This document shows, piece by piece, positions 36,565 through 46,394 of a stretch of DNA of 64,000 nucleotides (position 1 is the first letter of the stretch; each line of letters begins with the position of its first letter). The notes under the pieces were generated by a model. The model was not told the DNA's origin and did not search any database. It worked only from the letters and a program-made list of their open reading frames with translations. Made by a program: the position numbers and the translations under genes. Source of the stretch: Cyanophora paradoxa CCMP329 (Eukaryota > Plantae > Glaucophyta); the NCBI GenBank assembly GCA_004431415.1, contig QPMI01000542.1:62001-126000 (forward strand), read 5' to 3'.

Positions 36565-39500
36565 ATGGACGTTACCCAGAATAATGCAGCGACTCGGCGC
36601 TTCCGGTTGGCCAGAATCAAAGACCAGATCGAAGCGCTCGCGATATCATTGTATAATCGACGCGTCATACATTGGGCCTTCAAAAATAAATTGATTAGAA
36701 TTTCAGCACAAGGCTCGAGAACACGTTTTGCAACGTTGGAAAAGTACGCTTCACTCTTGAACGAACTTGCAAGACTTCCTAGGTCAGCGCGTCCTGTGTC
36801 AGGTCGTCGACTAGAGCTAGCGATTGCTGAGGGCCAGGCCGACATTGTTCGAGGGTTCTCAGAATTACCTGAGGTTGACGGTGGAGATGATGTTCAAATC
36901 AATGACAGCAATACGACTACAGCGCTTGACGGGCGATATGCGGAGTGGAAATACCAATTGCCTCGCGGTTCTGGCCGCGTAACCTCGATGCAAGCCCGAT
37001 TTGAGAACAACGAACTTTTCAAACAGAACGCAATAGCATTCGTTAGCGCCCAGGTAAATCTTGCAGAGGCGGTAAGAATGGGCATTGCACTACAAATCTC
37101 TGGATTAGCGGTATACAGAAAGCCAGAGACTGATACAACAATTGCAATCATTATTGAGCATCGCCGTTTCGATCGCATCGAGCCAGGGGCAAGCATCGAG
37201 ACTGCTCTGCGCTCACAGCTGGAAGAACTAGACATTCTTGCGACAGAGAAAAGCAGGGATTCCTCAGTTTTCGACACATGGATACATCTGGTCTTTAAAA
37301 CTGTGCGATACTTCCGCCGCATGGGTGGTCGTGGACGTAGGTTCACACTCCCGCGGTGGCTTGTGGAGAAGCAGGCACTCATCAATATCGATGCTCCGAA
37401 CAATGAATGCTTCAAGTATGCTGTACTTGCAGCTCAGCACGCGCTACGACCGGGCCAGGATTCACGTAGTGCTTGTCATTATCGACCGTATGAGAGCTCT
37501 TTGGACTGCACTATGCTCACATTTCCCACCCGCTAGATTCAAAGGTTTTCAAAAAGTTCGAGCAGGCTAACAACGTAAACCTATGTATTTATACGACAGC
37601 ATTAGATGAACAGGACATTGTACCAATCCATATCAGCGCAGCAAAAGACGCAATACCAATCTTGTATGTACCTGCAGGCAGCGACAATGATGTAGGGCAT
37701 TATCTCTGGATCAAGAACATCTCACGTCTGTTTGGAAAACATGATTCTCCCGCCAAACACTATTGTCTTGCGTGTCAAACAGGTTTTAGCTCAGGTGCTG
37801 CGTTTGAAAATCATCTTAAATATGACCGTTGCCTCGATCGAGACGAGCATGCGAGAGATGTTCTGCCGAAAAAAGGAGCCCACATCCAGAAGTTTATTAA
37901 CTATGAGTACTCAATCCGGCAACGTCTGGTCGGATATGCTGATTCAGAGACGATTACAATGCCAATTCCCTGCATTAGTGGAAAGACCGAAAAGAAAGGT
38001 GTGCATGTGATTGCTTCAGTCGGCTGTCTGGTTGTATCTTCGAAAGGTGAACAGTTTTGTTTCAAATACATGGGTTCGGAGAGCGAGGACTGCGCTGAGA
38101 AGTTCGTGCAATGGTTGGACGAAATGGAACCACAATTTCGAGAGCTCTTGCGAGAGACTGCACCAATCCAGATTACTCAGGAAGAGGAGCAGCGTTTTCA
38201 AACGACGACCGAGTGCTACATGTGCAAGAACACGTTCAAGGATGCGAAAGACAAGCACCGTGATCACTGCCACGAATCTGGCCGATATTTCGGGGCTGCC
38301 TGCAGAGCTTGCAATCGACGCCGCGCGAAATCAGCTGCTGTTCCATTATTCTGGCACAACGGTCGAGGATTTGACTTCCACCTGCTCGTACGTGCTCTAG
38401 CATCTGGCTATAACCGTCGTTTAGCAGCTTGGAAGGAGTTTCAAGCGCATGTCGAAAGCGAGTTTGAAAGCAAGTACGGTGGACGTGAGATGACCCAGAG
38501 CAGAAAAAGAAGGCGAAGAAGGGGCTCGAACGCCGACTCCGCCCACAGAGTCTCCTTTCGATAAAATTCGATCAGGTCTTTCAGAATAGCGAGCGAATTT
38601 CGCAGTTCAAGTATGGAATTTACGTTCTACGGGACTCGGCTCAGCACTTGAATGCGAGCTTGGACGACCTTGCAAAGGCTCTGCCCGCGGAAAAGAAGAA
38701 GATCACGCGCTCGCTGTATCTGGACGAGACTCGGTTCAAGCTGATGACTAGCAAAGGGATTTACCCTTATGATTACATGACGAGCTGGGCTCGCTTTCAG
38801 GAGTCTAAACTGCCTGCACGTCGTTATTTCAAAAATCAGCTTAAACAGAAGAAATGCACGAAAGATGAGTACGCACATGCGAAGGCTGTTTGGCGAGAGC
38901 TCGGCTGCAGAACGCTATCAGGCTATACAATGGAGTATATGATGACAGATATCGCGTTACTAGCTGACGTGTTTGAAAACTATCGTGATACGTGTATTGA
39001 AACGTATGGCCTAGATCCTAGCTATTTTATGTCATCGCCGGGATTTGCTTGGCAGGCAGCACTTAAGCACACTGGAGTGAAGCTCGAGCTCTTTCACGAG
39101 GGGCAGCAGGATATGCACAGATTTATAGAATCCGGGATCAGGGGCGGAATCTCAATGATCTCAAAACGCTACGCACGAGCTGAGAACAAATATTTGAGCA
39201 TAAAGTTCAACAAGTACACCCACGCTGTTGAGCCTACAGTCTCACAGTCTACATGCATGTCTAACTACTACCGAACACACAAGGAATCGTGGCTCATGTA
39301 CCTCGATGCAAACAACTTGTACGGCGTCGCAATGAAGCGCAAGCTACCCACAGGAGATTTCCGCTGGATAAACTAGATCAAGACGTTGATGTAATGCAGT
39401 ACGTTGCAAGCCTTGACGCGGATGGAGCTCGTGGCTATGCTCTCGAAGTCGATATGTACATGCCTGAGCATCTCCATGACGAGTTCTCAGACTATCCGCT

Positions 39501-40620
39501 GGCCCCTGAACGGATGTGTGTGTCCAAGGAACACCTATCAAAGCGACAACAGGATATGATTAACGACGAGAAGCTTACCTCAGTTGAACGAACTCCAAAG
39601 CTCGTTCCGAATCTGCTTCCAAAAAAGAATTATGTTGTTGATGGACGCTTGCTTCAGCTCTATACGTCACTGGGAATGATAGTAACCAACATCCATCGGG
39701 TCCTATCGTACGAACAAAGCGCATGGCTAGGGCGTTTCATAGATCTCAATACTCAAAAACGTAAAGAATCGCAGTTCACATACCAGAAGGACCTTTACAA
39801 GTTGATGAACAACAGTGTCTTCGGAAAGACGATGGAGAACGTGAGAAAGCACTGCTTTTCAGAGCTTGTGACTTCGGGAGACCGTCTGGTGAAGATCAAC
39901 AGCGAACCAAATCGGTTGAAGCAGGTGGTGATGTACGAAGAGAACCTTGTATTCGTTTCCAAGCGCAAAAGTGAGTACAATCTGAACAAACCTATCTACT
40001 GCGGGTTCGTCATCCTCGAACTTTCCAAGCTGCACATGTACCGCTTTTACTACCAGGTGCTCAAGCCGCTTTGGGGCCAGCGGCTGACACTATTAGGTAC
40101 GGATACTGACAGTCTCATCATCGAGGTTCGCACCAAAGATATCTATGCTGATTTACGCTCAATCAAGCATGAGCTGGATGTTAGCGACTACCCAGAGACA
40201 CATCGATTCTTCGATGGCATGACAGCCGATGAGGTTCGAGCTCTACGATCGATGGGGAAAACTCCGGGATTATTCAAGGATGAGCTCCATGGTCTGCAAA
40301 TGACAGAGTGGATCGCTAACCGGCCGAAATCTTATTATTATTCGCGTGAAGATTCCACGGACAAGCAGGTATGCAAGGGTATTCAAAAGACGTACTACAA
40401 CAGACTCACAAGGGATGTATTCTTCCGGTGCGTCTGTCCTAAAGAGGGAGAAAAGCAATCGTATGACATCAAAGGAATTCTCGGTTTCCGCTCGAAACTA
40501 CATGAGATTTATTTACAACGAACCTCGCGTCAGGCTCTTCATCCCCTTGATACCAAACGCTTCCTCGAGACTGACGGGATCAACACCCGAGCGATTGGAC
40601 ATTATAAAAATCGCGCCTGA
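36565..40620 (+). CDS. polB: Protein-primed family B DNA polymerase polyprotein (~1350 aa), split here by three -1 frameshifts
   Basis: Exo I DSET, Exo II HNGRGFD, Exo III YMMTD; SKGIYPYDY; Pol A YLDANNLYG, Pol B KLMNNSVFGKT, Pol C TDTDS. Four ORFs join into one frame by adding one base at CCC 37529-31, CCC 38494-96 and AAA 39370-72. Confidence 0.95.
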
Positions 40621-40629
40621 TTTACAAAG

Positions 40630-41532
40630 ATGTACCAGATTACTGCGCCACCGGGTGTCTGGCAAATTGACGTATTATTTATTGGGAGATTTCGCTTGTT
40701 TGCAGGAGTCGAGATTGCAACCCGCTTTGCTGTCGTGCGCAAGCTCGAGACCTTTAAGCAGCTTCCAAAAATGATTGCACAGCTGCCTGGAATCTGGGGT
40801 TTTTCTGGAGACAACGGTTTTAACACAGCAGCGATTCGGGCAATGGCTGCAGAGAACTCGTTAAAAATGCACACTGATGTGGCTAAGGATGATCACATTT
40901 CAAAAGGAAACAAGCTGGGAATTATTGACAGGTTTGCGCGGACATTGCGAGCGTTGATCCAGGCAGACACCGAAGCACGTGGCTCACCGCATTTTCTGTC
41001 ACGTTTGCCGGCAATTATTAAGGCGTACAATGAAACAGCCCACAGCTCTTTCGGCGGAGAGCACTCCCCAACATGGATGCGGGAAAACTCGCAGGTTGCC
41101 GAGCAGTTGCATCAAGTGCGACAGCGACAGAACGATATCGAACGAGAGAATGCTAACTTGCCTAGACCAGGAACCGAAGTGCAAGTCCTGGAGCCGAAGC
41201 CAAGCGTGTTTGCAAAGGGTGTGGCGAAACCAAGCAAAGAGACGTATGTTGTTGCTGGCGCTGATAGAAATCGCATAAGGCTTATCACTAAACAAGGCGT
41301 GGAGATTTCTAGACGCGTTAAACCATCGGAAATACGTCAGCCGCGTGAGCGTGCGCCTCAAACACGAATCGAAAAAGAAGAAGCGCAAATGCGACAGCAG
41401 AGGCAATTGAGGCGTGAGGGATTGATCGAAATGAAAAAATACAGCGGCCAGAGCCGGCAGTATCGAGAGCTCAAGAAGCTCGAAGTGGATGCTGAGCCTA
41501 AGCTGCGAGCGGGCGCTAAGCCACTTCTTTAG
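40630..41532 (+). CDS. Retroviral-like (rve) integrase, Polinton type
   Basis: GVWQID (D1), SGDNG (D2), GIIDRFARTL (third acidic residue), YNETAHSS. Consistent with the 6 bp TSD. Confidence 0.88.
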   Translation: MYQITAPPGVWQIDVLFIGRFRLFAGVEIATRFAVVRKLETFKQLPKMIAQLPGIWGFSGDNGFNTAAIRAMAAENSLKMHTDVAKDDHISKGNKLGIIDRFARTLRALIQADTEARGSPHFLSRLPAIIKAYNETAHSSFGGEHSPTWMRENSQVAEQLHQVRQRQNDIERENANLPRPGTEVQVLEPKPSVFAKGVAKPSKETYVVAGADRNRIRLITKQGVEISRRVKPSEIRQPRERAPQTRIEKEEAQMRQQRQLRREGLIEMKKYSGQSRQYRELKKLEVDAEPKLRAGAKPLL

Positions 41533-41824
41533 CAAGGCATCTGCGTGCAATGTATGCTTTATGATATTCCCGGATCCGATCAGGATTCTCAACCCGATAC
41601 TTCGCTGTAATAGCAAGCTGTTTCAAACGGTATGTTTCATTTGTATGACGAAGCTTTCGATTACGCTCGGCATTTTTCCTTCTGCGTTCTGCTAGAATAT
41701 CTGGGGTAATCTCGATCGGTTTTGGTCCCTTCTTCTTCGGTTCATATGGCTCCATTGTCAACAGTCTCACTTTGGGCGGACGCCCACGACCACGCTTTAC
41801 AGCAGTACAATCTGCAGAACTCAT
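41516..41824 (-). CDS. Small basic DNA-binding protein with AT-hook (102 aa from first ATG)
   Basis: KRGRGRPPK AT-hook, second KKKGPKP motif, Arg/Lys-rich helix. Confidence 0.7.
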   Translation of the reverse strand: MSSADCTAVKRGRGRPPKVRLLTMEPYEPKKKGPKPIEITPDILAERRRKNAERNRKLRHTNETYRLKQLAITAKYRVENPDRIREYHKAYIARRCLAKEVA

Positions 41825-41901
41825 TATTCGCTTATCTCTCAATAATAAGAGGCATAAATCCTTTTAAGACAAATTAGCGCGACTTTTGGACCTTAAAGAT
41901 A

Positions 41902-42465
41902 ATGCAATCTGTAGATGTAACGAAAAAGAAGATGGAGGTCGTCATTTCTGATGTACCAGAGGGTGCTGCGTTGATTCCGTTAATGGGCATTCGCAATCGA
42001 CGCAAAGTCATCGTCGCCTACGCTCTTGTGTCACAGGATGATGCTGAGCGTGTGCTCGGGTTCCGCTGGAGTTTGAAAAAGGGATATGTCAGAGCCAAGA
42101 TCAATGGAAAAACCGTGTATTTGCATAATTTCATTGTTGGGAGACTTGAGAATGGGTTGACCGTTGATCATATTAATAATAACAAACTTGATAATAGACG
42201 CAAAAATTTGCGGCTTGCAACAGCTCGTCAGCAGAATCTTAACCGTGGTCAGCTGCGAAACAACACATCGGGTTTCATTGGTGTTTACTTCGATCAGCGA
42301 GATGGTAAATGGAAGGCAGAATATCATCTAAATGGCCGCAAAAAGACCATCGGTCGGTTTCAAACAGCAGAGGCTGCAGCTCATGCACGCGATGCATATG
42401 CCTTAGAACACACCAGCGAAGAGGACAAGCCATTCTTGCGGCTGAACTTCCCAGTTACCGTTTAA
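41902..42465 (+). CDS. HNH-AP2 homing-endonuclease-like protein
   Basis: HNH: TVDHINNNKLDNRRKNLR. AP2: NTSGFIGVYFDQRDGKWKAE...IGRFQTAEAAAHARDAYA...LNFP. Confidence 0.92.
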   Translation: MQSVDVTKKKMEVVISDVPEGAALIPLMGIRNRRKVIVAYALVSQDDAERVLGFRWSLKKGYVRAKINGKTVYLHNFIVGRLENGLTVDHINNNKLDNRRKNLRLATARQQNLNRGQLRNNTSGFIGVYFDQRDGKWKAEYHLNGRKKTIGRFQTAEAAAHARDAYALEHTSEEDKPFLRLNFPVTV

Positions 42466-42498
42466 ATGAACGTCTTAAATGGCGTCATTATTTTTTAA

Positions 42499-42759
42499 AT
42501 GGAACTCGAATTCGAAACGGTAGAGGAAGAGTTGGATCTTGAAAATCCATGGCCTGGTAGGACTCAACTCTCACCAAGTCACTGCATCAGCTTCGGCATT
42601 TTCAAGGGCGCAAGCTATCTGTGGATCGCATCAGCACGTCCAGAATATACCGCTTGGTTGCTCAGACAGTCTTGGCTACCGGCTTTTGATCGCGCTGCTT
42701 TTTTACGCGCACAAAGCGCAATAGAGCCGAAGTCGTTCCAGAAGCTTTGTACAGAATAG
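42499..42759 (+). CDS. Small orphan protein with FGxxKG...P.Y..WL motif (DUF3820/exonuclease X C-terminal-like)
   Basis: ISFGIFKGASYLWIASARPEYTAWL. AT-rich leader before the ATG. Overlaps the ATPase 3' end on the opposite strand. Confidence 0.5.
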   Translation: MELEFETVEEELDLENPWPGRTQLSPSHCISFGIFKGASYLWIASARPEYTAWLLRQSWLPAFDRAAFLRAQSAIEPKSFQKLCTE

Positions 42760-43364
42760 ACGCGGTCCGCGGTCGCGGCTTCATAAACAAGGACCTGAAA
42801 CGAATGATTCAATTCAACGAAAAGACGCATTAGATCTGCTCGAGTCGCTCCGCCATTGTATTCGTCAAAAACGCAGTTGAACTCTTTGACATTCGAGAGG
42901 ATCGACGAAAAGCATACATATTCGCAATTACGCCGAATCGTAGGACTGATTCCACAAAGACGTTGAGTGGTTATAAAAAGGCTGATGTTATAATGACGCC
43001 CACTAGTAAAAAGCTTTCGCATTAATCGGTCGCTGTGGACGTTCACAAGGTCATTATCGAGCAAATCATCTAGAACGATTGCAATCTTGCGCTCATCTTT
43101 CTTGCGTCGTCTTTCTTTTTGTCGCTCTAGAAGACGCTCAACCAAAACTGAATCCCATTCTTCCTGGATATTGCTTGAGTGAGTCGTGTCGTTCCACTGT
43201 TCTGTAAATGCTGTTGTGCTGAAGACGTAAATATCGTCTAGCTGCGGAGCTACTGCATTTAATACATGTTTAACGTAGGTGCTTTTGCCCGAGTTGGTGG
43301 GGCCGACAAACAAGAACCGTTTAGGCAGTTTTATTTCTGTAGGATCAAACAGTTTGATATCCAT
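42615..43364 (-). CDS. A32-like (FtsK/HerA) genome-packaging ATPase
   Basis: Walker A GPTNSGKS, Walker B IVLDD, GRHYNISLFITTQ, ISPTIRRN. The C-terminal ~45 aa may be out of frame (an LYKA-containing alternative frame exists). Confidence 0.95.
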   Translation of the reverse strand: MDIKLFDPTEIKLPKRFLFVGPTNSGKSTYVKHVLNAVAPQLDDIYVFSTTAFTEQWNDTTHSSNIQEEWDSVLVERLLERQKERRRKKDERKIAIVLDDLLDNDLVNVHSDRLMRKLFTSGRHYNISLFITTQRLCGISPTIRRNCEYVCFSSILSNVKEFNCVFDEYNGGATRADLMRLFVELNHSFQVLVYEAATADRVYSVQSFWNDFGSIALCARKKAARSKAGSQDCLSNQAVYSGRADAIHR

Positions 43365-44594
43365 CTAGAAGTTACTTACCTTTAGAGTTGACATTTGATA
43401 CGAGTTAATTACGAGAACATTGTGGCGCAGGACGTGGAAGTCGACAACTGCTGGCGCTGCGTTTGTGCAGCCGGTTACAGTTAGCGAGCAGTAGCTGCTG
43501 CTGGAATTAAAGAAGTCTGTGTAGCCGAGGACAGCGTTATGCAGTGAGTCTTTGCCAGATTTCGAAAGCACAATCCCATAGACATTTCCGTCCTCGAAGC
43601 CAAGGGCTGAATTACCAGTGGTTGCACCGCGGTATTGAGTTGGAATGTGATAGCACGATGATACAAACCCAGAGATTGGCTTATTGCTGATGTCGAGAGT
43701 TCGGTTGTTGTGCATGATCTCAAACGAATCGATTTTCAGCGCATTTCCGTTGCCAGCAAATGAATTGTGATTGCGAGTGCCCAGGTGATTCGCATTACGC
43801 ACTGTCATCAGGATCGCGTGCACAAGGCCGCTGACGTTGGCAAGGGAGATTTCGACTGCATTCCCCGCGTCGTCAGTCTTTAACTGCCTCGAGCGCTTTG
43901 AAATAATCTCGGTGAAAGGAATTCGAATACCACCGCTCTCGTTTGCAGATTTAAGCATAGACTCAGCCTCTTCGCTAGGGATATTCACGAACTGGCAAAC
44001 CAGGGCACAATCCGTTAGAGTTGCAACAGCACTAGCGACAGTTCCAACCACGCCAGCCGAACGGAAGTCAATTTCGACGGTTGGCATGTCAGCCAGTGCG
44101 AGCAGCGGGAAGTACGAATTGTCCCAGAGCTGGGAGGGGATCTTTAGTACGTACTCGCGACTCGCATCGAGAATCTCAAGAGCCGCGTCCTTTCCAAAGC
44201 CGTAGCTGCTAGCAAAAGCCTGGGCGGACGCAACGCTATTATCAATGAGCGCGTTCACAGTGAGCCAGTCTCCAGGGATCACCATCTTGAAGGATCCATG
44301 AACAAAGCGCACGTTTTCAATAAATGCACCAGCGCCATTAGGCAGCACCGAGGCGGCAGCTCCGCCAGCGACGCTGACCTTAAAGTATAGCGAGACACCG
44401 TTTAGAAGCTGCTTGCGCGGAAGGTCGAAAGCGGCAGTCTGCGCGAAGCCGTACGAGTTGCCTCGCGGACGGATCGTTTCAAGGAAAGGCTTGAACTTGG
44501 GGCTGACACCGACAGTGAGACCTGGGGATAAATAAAGTTCGCTTGAACCTTTGGTAGTGAGGAGCTCCTTTAGAGTTGTTCCTGCTTGCGCCAT
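43365..44594 (-). CDS. Major capsid protein (double jelly-roll), putative
   Basis: 409 aa, beta-strand-rich. N-terminal FAQTAAFDLPRKQLLNGVSLYFKV resembles the DJR capsid FG...F.IPR..LL...YL pattern; FPLLAL...VEIDF. Flanked by the ATPase and penton genes. Confidence 0.8.
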   Translation of the reverse strand: MAQAGTTLKELLTTKGSSELYLSPGLTVGVSPKFKPFLETIRPRGNSYGFAQTAAFDLPRKQLLNGVSLYFKVSVAGGAAASVLPNGAGAFIENVRFVHGSFKMVIPGDWLTVNALIDNSVASAQAFASSYGFGKDAALEILDASREYVLKIPSQLWDNSYFPLLALADMPTVEIDFRSAGVVGTVASAVATLTDCALVCQFVNIPSEEAESMLKSANESGGIRIPFTEIISKRSRQLKTDDAGNAVEISLANVSGLVHAILMTVRNANHLGTRNHNSFAGNGNALKIDSFEIMHNNRTLDISNKPISGFVSSCYHIPTQYRGATTGNSALGFEDGNVYGIVLSKSGKDSLHNAVLGYTDFFNSSSSYCSLTVTGCTNAAPAVVDFHVLRHNVLVINSYQMSTLKVSNF

Positions 44595-44638
44595 TTGCTA
44601 TTATAGACCAGAAAATTTTCATGCATATTGTTGTAAAG
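44595..44638. promoter_or_regulatory. 44 bp bidirectional intergenic region with central palindrome GAAAATTTTC
   Basis: Palindrome at 44611-44620, 16 and 18 nt from the divergent MCP and mCP ATGs. Function inferred. Confidence 0.5.
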
Positions 44639-45516
44639 ATGAAGCTCCGCGTAAATGTCGATTCTAGGGACCGGTTCGAAGGCACGTCCTCGAATTTCAA
44701 GATCAATCTCCCAAGGCCCCTCGTTAATGTAAAGTCGGTGCGAGTTGATTCGCTAGAACTGTTTCATAACATGTTCAACCTGTCCACACAAGCCGCAATT
44801 ATCACCGGCACCCTTGATCCCTCTGGCGTTGAGAAAACACGTGCCAACACTTTCAAGCCCGGAGTCTATACGCCAACCTCCCTTGCAAACTATCTAAGCA
44901 CGCTTCTTAAAACCCAGCAGTATAGTTACGGCGGAACTACTTATCAGCGCAAGTTCGTCGTTCAGTTCGAAGAGATCTCAATGCGGCTTAGGTTCCTGTG
45001 TGAAGCGGACTTTATTTTGAGCTTCACATCGGCCGAACTATCGAACCTGCTCGGGTTTGCGAAGACTCTCAGTGACCTTTCCAGTGAGCTTGACACACCT
45101 GAGACAATCGATGGCGTACAATATTCGTACGAGCTGTTCAGCGATATGCCAGTTGATCTACTTTATCACACGTATTTGTTCCTGTACATTCAGCAGATCA
45201 AAGGCCCGATCTTGACACTTAACCCCTATACAACGGGCTCGATCGCAAAGATTCACATCGACTCAAAATTCGGGAGCTCATCAAGTTCACATCTGAGGAT
45301 CGTGTTCCCGTCACAGGCTTCGATCGAAACGCTGAGCTGTCTGAACTTGACATATCGCTGCGCTATCATAATGGAACAGACGCTGTCACAAACACAGAGT
45401 TCTCGTTCGTGCTAGAGTTCGATATCGAGGATGTCTCTTACACGTCTGCTGCTGCTAAATCCGCAATTAAGAATGCAGCCAGCGAGTACGTCCCCTTCGA
45501 CAGATCGTTCGCATAA
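44639..45516 (+). CDS. Minor capsid protein (penton, single jelly-roll), one -1 frameshift
   Basis: N-terminal VDSRDR...SNFKINLPRPLVNVKSVRVDSLE. Adding one G at 45272-74 restores the typical C-terminus LSELDISLRYHNG...EFSFVLEF, ending at TAA 45514-16. Confidence 0.82.
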
Positions 45517-45542
45517 GTTTTTTCCCACTGCTTAGTTAAAAG

Positions 45543-46190
45543 ATGCCTCCGCGAAAGAAGTCGACAGACATGCAGTCTCGGCTGCGCACTCCGCAGCTTG
45601 AAGTCGCTTCCAGCCCTACTAAGAAGAATCACATCGAGTTCTTGAGTGGTGATACTGGTGCTTACCCGCTAGTCCGTCGCGCTGGTGGCGGTGAGGGTGC
45701 ATCCATCGATTACGCTCTTACCGCCGACGAGAACGCTATTCTTGATAAGATCCCGAATTCGCGGACTAAGAAGACCAAGACTAGCAAGCTAAAGGATACT
45801 GACGATGGGCCGCTGTACATCTCAGAGACGGCTAATCGTAGCAGGTATTTCATTAAAACTGTGACCGGTCTTAAGACAGTTTCAAAGAAGCGAGCTAGTG
45901 ACCTTATAGCTGGCATCGCGGCTGAGACTAAGATGGAAAACAAGATTTTAAATGAACCGATCACGAAGACAAAGATCGAGAAGAAGGTTGCCCCTCCTGC
46001 AGCTGCTGTTCCTGCCAAGACGATCGTTGCGATCCCTGAGGTCGATGAGAATGCTAGCGAGCTGCCTGTAGCTAACGCATCGATCCTGCGCATCGCCTCT
46101 AGCAGTGCTGATCCTGTCGGGCCGGCGATCGAGTACAAGCCAATGCTGAGCGGCTTCACTAAGCTAGGGCTCCGGCATCGCTGGGAGTGA
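45543..46190 (+). CDS. Orphan Lys-rich protein (215 aa), possible virion core / DNA-binding protein
   Basis: Clean ORF with AAAGATG start context shared with other element genes. Basic, low-complexity. No recognisable domain. Confidence 0.6.
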   Translation: MPPRKKSTDMQSRLRTPQLEVASSPTKKNHIEFLSGDTGAYPLVRRAGGGEGASIDYALTADENAILDKIPNSRTKKTKTSKLKDTDDGPLYISETANRSRYFIKTVTGLKTVSKKRASDLIAGIAAETKMENKILNEPITKTKIEKKVAPPAAAVPAKTIVAIPEVDENASELPVANASILRIASSSADPVGPAIEYKPMLSGFTKLGLRHRWE

Positions 46191-46244
46191 CCGAGTGGCG
46201 CAGAGAAAGTCTTACCCGAAAAATGGTCGAATTACAGTAAGCTA

Positions 46245-46361
46245 GCATAAAAGTGAAGTATTAGTTTCTAAACTTCTATGCTGGCATAAAAGTGAAGTAT
46301 TAGTTTCTAAACTTCTATGCTGGCATAAAAGTGAAATATTAGTTTCTAAACTTCTATGCTG
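46245..46361. repeat. 3 x 39 bp tandem repeat
   Basis: GCATAAAAGTGAAGTATTAGTTTCTAAACTTCTATGCTG at 46245, 46284 and 46323. Confidence 0.95.
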
Positions 46362-46394
46362 GCAATGTCCAGAAGTATTAATATATATTAAGTA

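Noticed and set aside
36565-40620. Four separate polymerase genes, introns, or programmed -1 ribosomal frameshifting
   Set aside because: Single-base homopolymer repairs give one continuous protein. There are no X-XXY-YYZ slippery heptamers or splice signals at the breaks, and the same error type appears in host repeats.
44576-45415. ORF-track boundaries of the minor capsid gene
   Set aside because: The listed start overlaps the MCP start and is non-ATG. ATG 44639 with frameshift-corrected end 45516 fits the family motifs better.
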